Below, one piece after another: positions 1 through 7,751 of a DNA stretch of 27,994 nt. Numbering within the stretch: position 1 is the stretch's first letter; each line of letters begins with the position of its first letter. The stretch spans positions 1 to 27,994 of IMG/VR virus record IMGVR_UViG_3300020044_000271, one strand, 5' to 3'. The notes beneath the pieces were generated by a model. It made no database searches and was not told the origin of the DNA. It saw only the letters and a list, made by a program, of their open reading frames with translations. The DNA is from a virus (taxonomy: Duplodnaviria; Caudoviricetes). The position numbers and the translations under genes were made by a program.

Positions 1-2
1 GG

Positions 3-1649
3 GATGCAGACATCCCTCTTTTGGTGTTGCCCACCGCCGCCGGCAAATCGGTGATCTGCGCTGAGATTGTGCGCCAGATGTGGGATCAGTGGCCAGACTA
101 CCACCCGCGCACTGTGGTGCTAGTTCCTTCTAAGGAACTGGCCGAGCAGAATGCTGCCAAACTTAGGGCGCTGCTACCCCATACCATTAGCGTTGGCTAT
201 GTCAGCGCAAGCCTGGGAACCAAGAAATACAACGCCGACGTGATTGTGGCCACTATTGGCAGCATCCACAAAGCAGCGCACTTGCTTGGCAACATCAAAG
301 CCGTGGTGATCGACGAGGCTCACTTAGTGAGCCAGAAGGCAAACGACGCAGGCATGTACCGCACGTTTCTGTCTAAACTTGCAGAGTTATGCAAATTTCG
401 CATAGTTGGCATGACGGCCACCCCATTTAGGGGTAACCAAGTTTGGCTGACCGACGGCGACGATCCATTGTTCACTGGCATTGCCAGCCGTGTGTCCATG
501 CGTGAGTTGCTTGATGCTAAGTTCATTGCGCCATTGGTTCCACCAACCGAGCGCATTGAAACACGAATTGACGCAAGCCACGTTGGCATTTCCAATGGCG
601 ACTACAAGGTTGGCGAACTATCCCGCGAGGTTGAGAAATACCTAGCCAAAGTGGCCATAGAAGCCACCAGAATCGCTTCAGAGCGCAAGAAATGGATTGC
701 CTTTACACCGAGTGTCGCCAACGCCGAAAGCCTGTCTGACAAGCTAAATGCGCTTGGCATTATGAGTGCTGTTGTGTGCGGTGAAACACCCAAACAAGAG
801 CGCGAAGACTTGATTCGCCAGTTTAAGAGCCACCAGATTCACTGCCTGGTTACCGTGCTGGCGCTTTCAGTTGGTTTTGACGTGCCAGACGTGGATTGCA
901 TTGTTTGGTGCAGGCCCACCAAGTCGCCGGTGCTTTATGTGCAGGGCATGGGCAGGGGCACACGCATTGCAGACGGCAAGACCGATTGCCTGGTGCTTGA
1001 CTTCACCGACACCGTAGAGCGTTTGGGGCCGGTGGATACCATTCAAGGCAGGGCTAAGAAAAGGTCTGGCCCCCAAGAGGCGCCCTACAGCATCTGCCCA
1101 GACTGTGGTGAACGCAACGCACCAGCTGCGTTTGTGTGTGTCCACTGTGGCGCCACGATCAGGGAAGAAGAAGCCAAGCCACTGGATGCCAAGGTTTCTT
1201 ATGCTGCGCTACTGTCAAGCCAGACAACCATGGCCGAACTGGTTTGGCACGATATTAGCCGCACCGACTACGCATTGCACCGCAAAGAGGGCAAGCCAGA
1301 CTCACTAAGGGTTGATTACTACAGCGGCCTGTTGCGCGTGGCCAGTGAGTGGGTCTGTTTTAGCCACATGGGCTATGCCAGGCAGAAGGCTGAGAACTGG
1401 TGGATGCGCAGGGAAAATAAGACTATGCCATCCAACACGCAAGAGGCGCTTGAGTGGCTTGAGTTTTACGACATTGAAGAACCAGTCAGAATTGCAACCC
1501 GCAAAAATGGAAAATACACAGAGGTGAAAGATTATGAATTTAATAGAACTCAACGCCATCAAGAGGCATCTGGACAGCCAAGTCAAACAGATCAACACCA
1601 TCCAAGTAAATTGCCGACAGTGCAACAACTTCGAGACAGGCATCTGTAA
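3..1649 (+). CDS. SF2 DEAH-box helicase, RadD/YejH-like, with C4 zinc ribbon (5'-partial)
   Basis: Motif I PTAAGKS, II DEAH, III TAT, V LSVGFDVP, VI QGMGRGTR and a CPDC..CVHC zinc ribbon. The frame is open back to nt 3 (DADIPLLVLP...), so the true start lies upstream of the window. Confidence 0.92.
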   Translation, partial: DADIPLLVLPTAAGKSVICAEIVRQMWDQWPDYHPRTVVLVPSKELAEQNAAKLRALLPHTISVGYVSASLGTKKYNADVIVATIGSIHKAAHLLGNIKAVVIDEAHLVSQKANDAGMYRTFLSKLAELCKFRIVGMTATPFRGNQVWLTDGDDPLFTGIASRVSMRELLDAKFIAPLVPPTERIETRIDASHVGISNGDYKVGELSREVEKYLAKVAIEATRIASERKKWIAFTPSVANAESLSDKLNALGIMSAVVCGETPKQEREDLIRQFKSHQIHCLVTVLALSVGFDVPDVDCIVWCRPTKSPVLYVQGMGRGTRIADGKTDCLVLDFTDTVERLGPVDTIQGRAKKRSGPQEAPYSICPDCGERNAPAAFVCVHCGATIREEEAKPLDAKVSYAALLSSQTTMAELVWHDISRTDYALHRKEGKPDSLRVDYYSGLLRVASEWVCFSHMGYARQKAENWWMRRENKTMPSNTQEALEWLEFYDIEEPVRIATRKNGKYTEVKDYEFNRTQRHQEASGQPSQTDQHHPSKLPTVQQLRDRHL

Positions 1650-1734
1650 GCAGTTTGGAGCAAAGCCACCACTAGAGTGGATTACCGGCACGGTTGAGTG
1701 CGAACACTGGGAATGGGATCAAATCCCCTTTTAG
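1534..1734 (+). CDS. 66-aa 4-Cys (putative Zn-binding) protein with SSB-like C-terminal tail DQIPF
   Basis: GAGGTG Shine-Dalgarno-like sequence ~7 nt before the ATG; CRQC..C..C; ends WEWDQIPF. Overlaps the helicase 3' end by 116 nt. Confidence 0.75.
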   Translation: MNLIELNAIKRHLDSQVKQINTIQVNCRQCNNFETGICKQFGAKPPLEWITGTVECEHWEWDQIPF

Positions 1735-1742
1735 GAGACAAC

Positions 1743-1928
1743 ATGTTAGAAAAGCCACCACATTCAAAGATTAGTTACCCGTCCATGCCAATAAAAGATT
1801 TCAAATGGGAGTCTGGCTCAGACGTGCAAGCGCTTTGGCGCAAGCATGGTTGGACGCCGCCGTCTGAACACATGCCACCCCCACCGCCAGAGCGCGTTAT
1901 GGACGTGCCACTTAGGAGAGTTAGGTAA
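1743..1928 (+). CDS. hypothetical 61-aa Pro-rich phage protein
   Basis: AGGAG at 1733-1737 precedes ATG 1743, a better start than 1698. The stop abuts the next ATG (TAAATG). Confidence 0.7.
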   Translation: MLEKPPHSKISYPSMPIKDFKWESGSDVQALWRKHGWTPPSEHMPPPPPERVMDVPLRRVR

Positions 1929-2120
1929 ATGCCGCGCCCCAAACCACCTGAACCCCTACTAGGCCGACAAGTCCGAATGTCAGATAGACATTGGATGATC
2001 TTGCAAGAACTTGGCGGTGCTGAGTGGCTGCGCAAGCAACTGGATAAGAACGCCAAGATGCCGGCCAAGTATTACCGCCTTGAATTAGACGCACCTTCAA
2101 AGAAAGAAACCAATGACTAG
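1929..2120 (+). CDS. small DNA-binding protein, probable ribbon-helix-helix type
   Basis: MPRPK..RQVRMSDRHWMILQELGGAEWLRKQLD fits a beta-strand plus two helices pattern. AGGAG upstream; coupled to the previous stop. Confidence 0.6.
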   Translation: MPRPKPPEPLLGRQVRMSDRHWMILQELGGAEWLRKQLDKNAKMPAKYYRLELDAPSKKETND

Positions 2121-2298
2121 CGGATGGAGAAAACGACAAATTCAGATGCCCAAGTTTGACATTTGGGAACGCGAGACGTTGGTCGACTTTGCCGGCGAGT
2201 GCTACGTCAAACTGTGCGAACAGGATGACATTATTCAGCAGTTGCAATGCGACCTAAAGACCGCCATTGAGGCGTACAGGGCGCTGGTTAAAGAATAA
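2113..2298 (+). CDS. hypothetical protein with coiled-coil C-terminus
   Basis: 8-nt overlap with the upstream gene; last + strand gene before the convergence point. Confidence 0.65.
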   Translation: MTSGWRKRQIQMPKFDIWERETLVDFAGECYVKLCEQDDIIQQLQCDLKTAIEAYRALVKE

Positions 2299-2731
2299 GG
2301 GCGCATTCGGCTTGCCTGCGCTTGAGAAGGCCAGGCAAAACCTTGCCGCCGCCCTTAGTCCAGAGCATCAGTTGCTCGGCAGCGCCTTCCCAATCCCCTG
2401 CGTTAATCTTGCGCTTGAGAGTTGAGGTTTGCAAACGCCCCGTGCCCAAGTTGTAGCAAAAGTCCACAATGGCGTTGCACTTGCGAACGTCTGTAATTAA
2501 ACCTGGGCAGTTGCGCAGAACACCAGGTAGGTACGTATGCTCCAGTTCAATCATTAAAAGCGCCCGTGCCGTGGGTTCATCCATCGGCGCGTCTTCTAGC
2601 GTTACCTTGCGCTTGTCTGCGTAGTAGGTAGAGCCGTAACCAATCGTGGCCACGCCAGCCGGACACAAGTACGGCTTGGCGCGGTAGCCCTCAAACTGAC
2701 GGCACAGACTAGCGGCTAACTCTAGGTTCAT
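2288..2731 (-). CDS. endolysin, GH24 (T4/P22/RrrD-type) lysozyme
   Basis: FEGYRAKPYLCPAGVATIGYG (E-x8-C-x5-T), FCYNLG, STL.RKIN, GL.KRR.AE. Start MNLEL at 2731 overlaps the upstream stop (ATGA). Confidence 0.93.
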   Translation of the reverse strand: MNLELAASLCRQFEGYRAKPYLCPAGVATIGYGSTYYADKRKVTLEDAPMDEPTARALLMIELEHTYLPGVLRNCPGLITDVRKCNAIVDFCYNLGTGRLQTSTLKRKINAGDWEGAAEQLMLWTKGGGKVLPGLLKRRQAECALIL

Positions 2732-3222
2732 ATGCCACGCTGTTTGAGAGTACGGTCGAGGAACCAATAATTTATTGTTCCGGACAGCAAAGCTGAGAAG
2801 TCAGGTGTCATCATGGTCTTGAACACTTCAGTAGCTGGCGCACCGGCAAGCCATGCGTTCCATGCAAACCATACGTGGATGAACGACCAGACAAACAGCA
2901 CCCAGTATGTAACCACGGGACGCACAGATGCTGACAGACTAGCCACCCAACCGCCTGCGGCTTTGACCATCTCGGCTTGTTGGGTGATAGCGTTGTTAAA
3001 CGCATCCATGACGCCAACGTCCATGGCCGCTTCACGTTGCGCGCCTATCTCGGCTAACTTCATCTGCCCGCGCTGGGCTTCCAAATCGCATTGGTTTTTA
3101 AACATTGCCAACTCGTGCTGGCGTTCGTTCTTCTTGTCAAAAAACTTGAGCACTTCAGGAGCCATGCGGAACAAACCGCCAAACACTGAACCCAGAATAC
3201 CGCCACTTAATATGTCTAACAT
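2728..3222 (-). CDS. putative holin (resembles 3TM GTA-type holin family)
   Basis: Hydrophobic N-terminus, W..S..SVRP.VTY followed by a TM segment, C-terminal YWFLDRT; coupled to the endolysin. Confidence 0.6.
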   Translation of the reverse strand: MLDILSGGILGSVFGGLFRMAPEVLKFFDKKNERQHELAMFKNQCDLEAQRGQMKLAEIGAQREAAMDVGVMDAFNNAITQQAEMVKAAGGWVASLSASVRPVVTYWVLFVWSFIHVWFAWNAWLAGAPATEVFKTMMTPDFSALLSGTINYWFLDRTLKQRGI

Positions 3223-3494
3223 TTGTGATCCTTTTTTTCGTCATTCTGCATGAGTTTGATACCACTCAGGAACCCAATCATGCCGCCGATAAGAGTAGAA
3301 AAAGCGGGTGAAATCATTTTGAAGATTTCTGCGTTGTCCACTTCTTTGGCCCAAAGGCCAAGCATAAAGCTGATTACCATAGCCAATACGGAGATGCACA
3401 GGGTTGTGCTGACCATCAGCGTGACGTACAACGTCAGCTTGTCCCTTGTGTCCGGCGAGGGCTTCTTGGATCTGACTATCGGCTTCTTGGTCAT
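3216..3494 (-). CDS. 2-TM membrane protein (holin/antiholin-like)
   Basis: Basic N-terminus, two hydrophobic helices, charged C-terminus; located in the lysis region. Confidence 0.65.
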   Translation of the reverse strand: MTKKPIVRSKKPSPDTRDKLTLYVTLMVSTTLCISVLAMVISFMLGLWAKEVDNAEIFKMISPAFSTLIGGMIGFLSGIKLMQNDEKKDHKC

Positions 3495-3730
3495 ACATAA
3501 ATATCCAACTTGCGGTTTGTAAAAATCTCAAGGCTAAGTTGATTGCGTTCTGCTTTCTTTACATACAACTCAAACTCAAGGGCTTCAATTTTTATATCCA
3601 CCTTCTTCATTTTCAGCGCCTGCTTGTAGTCTTCAGTCAGCTTTTCAGCCCTGCGTTCAAGCGCGTCTGTTCGGGTTGGCTCTCCTCCCGGCTGAACCAT
3701 GGGATACCACTTGTATAGGGGTGGGATCAT
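3491..3730 (-). CDS. hypothetical coiled-coil protein
   Basis: 79-aa ORF whose stop overlaps the next start (ATGA). Confidence 0.6.
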   Translation of the reverse strand: MIPPLYKWYPMVQPGGEPTRTDALERRAEKLTEDYKQALKMKKVDIKIEALEFELYVKKAERNQLSLEIFTNRKLDIYV

Positions 3731-3803
3731 TGTGAATAAAGATCCAATAGATGTAATTTATGGGCACGGCTAACCAAAGCAGTATTTCCATTACATCAAT
3801 CAT
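3657..3803 (-). CDS. possible 48-aa single-TM microprotein (MIDVMEILLWLAVPINYIYWIFIHND...)
   Basis: Translated by hand. Its ATG overlaps the upstream TGA at 3800-3803 and the N-terminus is hydrophobic, but it overlaps the 3491..3730 ORF by 74 nt. Confidence 0.35.
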   Translation of the reverse strand: MIDVMEILLWLAVPINYIYWIFIHNDPTPIQVVSHGSAGRRANPNRRA

Positions 3804-4087
3804 TTCTTCTCCCGTTCAAGTGCATCTTTATATCCATGAACAACTTTGTTACGCAGCCATGTTGAATCTGCCGCGCCCGCCCACTCGCTTAGATTGTTCC
3901 AGATGACTATGTATTCTGTTGACTTGCAGTAGGGCGCATTTTTGTCTAGCCACACCATCATCTCTTTGTGCCGTATGGTCGGATCGTGGACTGTGTAGGC
4001 TATTCCATAGAACTCGCGCACATGGCAACCACTCTTGGCTACGGCTCCAACTAGCCCCAATAATAGTAACAATATGAGCCAACGCAT
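3800..4087 (-). CDS. secreted/periplasmic protein with signal peptide
   Basis: MRWLILLLLLGLVGAVA signal peptide with an A-x-A cleavage site; two Cys in the mature part. Confidence 0.75.
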   Translation of the reverse strand: MRWLILLLLLGLVGAVAKSGCHVREFYGIAYTVHDPTIRHKEMMVWLDKNAPYCKSTEYIVIWNNLSEWAGAADSTWLRNKVVHGYKDALEREKK

Positions 4088-4183
4088 CTACCATTTCCCG
4101 CCCCATGCAATCATGTAAGTGCCAAAGATAACAAAGGCCACTATACAGGCCGCCGCAATGATTGCTTCGGCCCAGTCTCTCAT
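4088..4183 (-). CDS. 31-aa single-TM microprotein (MRDWAEAIIAAACIVAFVIFGTYMIAWGGKW)
   Basis: Translated by hand. Fills the gap exactly: ATGA overlap with the upstream stop at 4180-4183, and its TAG abuts the ATG at 4087. Confidence 0.7.
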   Translation of the reverse strand: MRDWAEAIIAAACIVAFVIFGTYMIAWGGKW

Positions 4184-4404
4184 TTGTCTACTTTGTTGTC
4201 TAGCTTGTCAAAAATCTTGCCAAGCATTTCTTTAATGTCGCGCATGTCAGCGCGGTAGTCGTCCCTTGCCACATAGTTAATTGGCATTGACCGCACGTCG
4301 CCATCAAGCCTGTCAATAGCTTGATAGATGCGGTTAAGCGTCCAGCCACCAAAAAACCCTGCTATAGCCACAGAGATATTAAATAGCACTTGATAGTCCA
4401 TCAT
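4180..4404 (-). CDS. N-terminal TM plus coiled-coil protein (holin-like/lysis-associated)
   Basis: TM segment VLFNISVAIAGFFGGWTL, then YV.RDDY...IFDKLD.K.DK, a common pattern in phage lysis regions. Confidence 0.7.
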   Translation of the reverse strand: MMDYQVLFNISVAIAGFFGGWTLNRIYQAIDRLDGDVRSMPINYVARDDYRADMRDIKEMLGKIFDKLDNKVDK

Positions 4405-6257
4405 GGCCTTAATGCGTTTTTGTTGGGTTGCGCAGGCGCCATGGCGTTTGGCTGCTTTAAAGATTCTTGAAGTTGTTTTTTGTATTGCAGGCCACGCGCA
4501 AATTCAGCAGCAGTTTGAGTGCCAGGTATTTTAACTGGCAAGTTTTGCAGGGCTTCAAGACCACGCAAAACAGCGCCAGCCGTGTTGGGGTAGTTAACCG
4601 CGCCTGGCTCTTTGACCATCACATCACTAATGCTTTGCTTTAAATCAAGAAGTTTGTCTCTGCCAGGCTTGCCAAACATATAAGCAAGTTTGTCTTCTCG
4701 ATCAAGCTGCGTAATAAAATTATTAAAATTATTTAAACGGATATTATCTGTTTCATCGCCTTGTTTGAGCAATAAATCTTTCATTCGTTGCAAGGTATAG
4801 CCTTGCAATTCTTGATAAGCCTTTTGGCCTTCTGGCGTTTTCTTTAACAATGATGTGACGGTTCTCATTTCTTCCAATGGGCCGTCAACAATAATATGGT
4901 TGTAAACATCATCAAGCGCTACTTGACGATCTTTGTATCCAGCTTTTGTGCCAAGCAACTTGTCAACACGTTGAACGTCTTCAAACTCTCTAGCTAATTG
5001 CGCTCTAGCCTGACGAGCATCTTGATATAATTTACCACCAGCGCCATTACCAATTTGAGTAATTAAATCTTTTAATGGTTTAGCACTTGGTGAATCTTTA
5101 GCTGTGCCAACTTGTTGATAAATATCTTCCAAATTACGAATTGAAATAGTCCCAGTTTTTTGGGGGTCATTCATGGCCAAAGATTCAGCCACATCATCCA
5201 AAATTGGGTCTAGTGTTTTGCGACGTGTTGGCGTTTTAGTGTTAATGTAATCAAGCAAACTTTGATATGGAACTTGTTCTAAAGTTTCGCCAGAATCATC
5301 AGCTAATTTATATTTGGCTTTGTAATCTTTAAATTTATCGGTGTAAATTTTACTTACTGTGTCATCAACAAACTTACCAAGTGCACGAGGTGTGCTTCTG
5401 TCAATTGTGCCTCCGACATCTTCTGTCATGCGCTCAAATTGATTAAGAATGTCTTGCTTTTGGCCAACTTTAAATGCACCAAGTTCTCTGCCTAATTTGG
5501 CTTTAACATCTTCAGAAACTCCAGGCAACGCACCTCTTTGAACATCTGATTCAAATTGTTGTTTTGCCAAATTCTTTTCACGCTCGCCAGCTGTGGCACG
5601 AATACCAAATTGCTCTAACCGTTGTTGGCGCATCAAATCTTCAGCCGTACTAGCAGCGCCAACGCCTGGCATAACAGGTTGTTCGCGTGTCATTACATTA
5701 GCCAATGCATTGCGCACTGGTGCGGTTACTTGGCTTACAACAGGACGAGCAAGCGCGTTGGCTTGCATTAGACTTGCAGGCGCCAAGGCATTTAATGTTG
5801 TGCCAACTGATCCAAGCGTTGGTGGCAAAGCATTAGTAACTGGTTGCAAGAACTCACCAATAGCGCCCAAAGCCTCTCTAGCCGTTTGTGTACGGGGTTG
5901 ATACCTAACTGCATTTTTTGCAAATTCTTCGCCAGCGCGAATGCCCTCTTGCGTGCCGTATTTGCCACTAGCAAAAGTACCGCCAACGGCAACCAATGGC
6001 TCAATTATTCCACCAGCCAAAGTAGCACCAAGCGCCAAGGGGGTTTCAATTACGCCCATGATGCGGTCGCGCATAGACACTTCTGGTGCAGATGGCTTAG
6101 CAATACCAAACTTAACGCGAATGGCTTGCTGAGTCTCTGGGTTAGCGCCTGTAAAGTTTTTATCTAGCGCAGAAAACTTGTCAAAAATGGCCGCCTTTGT
6201 TGCCTCGTTAGCATTGACATAGTTTGGATCACTAAGGATTGAGGATAAATCGGCCAT
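4401..6257 (-). CDS. large internal virion/DNA ejection protein (P22 gp16 position)
   Basis: 618 aa, predicted helical, with an Ala/Gly-rich amphipathic N-half. Third of three consecutive ejection-type genes; GAGGA RBS. Confidence 0.7.
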   Translation of the reverse strand: MADLSSILSDPNYVNANEATKAAIFDKFSALDKNFTGANPETQQAIRVKFGIAKPSAPEVSMRDRIMGVIETPLALGATLAGGIIEPLVAVGGTFASGKYGTQEGIRAGEEFAKNAVRYQPRTQTAREALGAIGEFLQPVTNALPPTLGSVGTTLNALAPASLMQANALARPVVSQVTAPVRNALANVMTREQPVMPGVGAASTAEDLMRQQRLEQFGIRATAGEREKNLAKQQFESDVQRGALPGVSEDVKAKLGRELGAFKVGQKQDILNQFERMTEDVGGTIDRSTPRALGKFVDDTVSKIYTDKFKDYKAKYKLADDSGETLEQVPYQSLLDYINTKTPTRRKTLDPILDDVAESLAMNDPQKTGTISIRNLEDIYQQVGTAKDSPSAKPLKDLITQIGNGAGGKLYQDARQARAQLAREFEDVQRVDKLLGTKAGYKDRQVALDDVYNHIIVDGPLEEMRTVTSLLKKTPEGQKAYQELQGYTLQRMKDLLLKQGDETDNIRLNNFNNFITQLDREDKLAYMFGKPGRDKLLDLKQSISDVMVKEPGAVNYPNTAGAVLRGLEALQNLPVKIPGTQTAAEFARGLQYKKQLQESLKQPNAMAPAQPNKNALRP

Positions 6258-6266
6258 GTTGTCCTC

Positions 6267-7742
6267 TTATCTCAACAAAGGATTTGATGTGTCTACACCA
6301 CCACCAGCACTTGGCTGAAGTTGCTGAATGTTTTTAGCACCTGGGCCAGCTTGAATTTCCATTGCTTTAATTGCAAGTTTTCTTGCATTTTCTTTTTGCT
6401 TAATAACTGCTGGATTGTCATTAACTTGCGGAAAGTATTTTTTGTCTTCCCTGTCAAACTCAGAGTCTGAAATAACAGCGCCAGATTCTTTACGCAAAAC
6501 AGCAGTAATAAAGTTTGATTTGGCTTGGTTAACTTGTTGTTGAGCACCACTAGTGCCACCAAGAACGCTAGGCAATACTTTACCTAATCCTTCTCCAACA
6601 AGTGGAACAGCTTCAATATTTGCACCTCTAAGCGTGCCTTGCTTGGCCATAGTGTCCAAAATGGCATTAGCTTCTTTCATTCTCATGCCATAAGCCGTTG
6701 CATTGCTTTGGCTTTCGGTTAAATTCTGACCTTTGCCCATCAATGGTTTACCAACTGTAGAAGCCGTTGTTGGCGCTTGTTGGTCAAGCACACTAGTCAT
6801 GCCAGGGATAGCTTGGACGGCAGGCGCAGGCAATCGAGCGCCTGGCATACCGGCGCCCGCAGCTGGTGCAGTTGGTGCAGCGCCGCCAATAGAAACAGGA
6901 AAGGCTTGCAAGGTGCGCTTGTTAACACCAACAATTGAGCCGTCTTCAGCTTCTTTAAGTTCATAGCCAGGGTTGGCTTGTTCCCATGCAAACTTTTGTC
7001 TTGCCAAATTAAGCTGGCCTTGAGCAGTTTGCTCGCCAATCGTTGCAGTTTTTGCAATGTCCATGCCTGTAATTGGCTGACCATAGCCTGGCAACATTGG
7101 ATTGTCTTGAATTGTAAGAATCTTGCCGCCCGCTTCTTGACGAACATTCTTAGGCAACATGGCGCTTAATTGATCTTTAGCGTCCAACAAACCCACAACT
7201 TTTTGAATGCGGTATTGTTTGTATTGTTCAGGCGTCATGCTTACAATTTTTTGTGCTTCTGCGTTTGCAGTAGTTTCATCAAAATAACCCTGCTTTACAC
7301 CATCTTGCAATTTTTCAATGGCAGCCTGTGGCGTTGAAGCATCGCCCATGGACATCCATCCATGCTTAAGTTTATCTTGGGCTAATTTAAATTCACCAGC
7401 TTTAGCTTCTTGTACGGTTTTGCCAAGCGTTGCTCTTTTAGTTTCAGATTCAAGCAATTTGCTTTGAATATCTGGCAACATACTTGCAGCTTTAGACCTT
7501 GCAACATTGCCAATCAATAACTTTGGGTCAAATTGACCAGTCTCAGGGTTAATTGATCTTTGGTAAGCATCAGCCAAAGCATTTTGCGTTTCTTCTTGAC
7601 GTTGAGCAGAGCCAAGTTGAAATTGAGCTAATGCGTTTTGGTTTTGAGCGTTCTGAATTTGCGCAATCTGGCCGTATTGAGCCAAAGGATTGGCCAACTC
7701 CATCTGCCTAACGCCAAGAGAAATATTGGGATCAAGTGCCAT
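6267..7742 (-). CDS. DNA ejection protein (P22 gp20 position)
   Basis: Gln/Ala-rich N-terminus (QIAQIQNAQNQNALAQ) and C-terminal FITAVLRKESGAVIS.SEF....KYFPQ; TAAGGA RBS. Confidence 0.72.
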   Translation of the reverse strand: MALDPNISLGVRQMELANPLAQYGQIAQIQNAQNQNALAQFQLGSAQRQEETQNALADAYQRSINPETGQFDPKLLIGNVARSKAASMLPDIQSKLLESETKRATLGKTVQEAKAGEFKLAQDKLKHGWMSMGDASTPQAAIEKLQDGVKQGYFDETTANAEAQKIVSMTPEQYKQYRIQKVVGLLDAKDQLSAMLPKNVRQEAGGKILTIQDNPMLPGYGQPITGMDIAKTATIGEQTAQGQLNLARQKFAWEQANPGYELKEAEDGSIVGVNKRTLQAFPVSIGGAAPTAPAAGAGMPGARLPAPAVQAIPGMTSVLDQQAPTTASTVGKPLMGKGQNLTESQSNATAYGMRMKEANAILDTMAKQGTLRGANIEAVPLVGEGLGKVLPSVLGGTSGAQQQVNQAKSNFITAVLRKESGAVISDSEFDREDKKYFPQVNDNPAVIKQKENARKLAIKAMEIQAGPGAKNIQQLQPSAGGGVDTSNPLLR

Positions 7743-7751
7743 GATTATTCC

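Noticed and set aside
2732-2767. N-terminal extension of the lysozyme as a possible SAR or signal domain
   Set aside because: Not hydrophobic and lies inside the holin gene; ATGA coupling supports the start at 2731.
4020-4087. Lipoprotein / o-spanin call for MRWLILLLLLGLVGAVAKSGC
   Set aside because: KSGC is not a canonical lipobox (Lys at -3) and the mature region is not Pro-rich; SPase I cleavage after AVA fits better.
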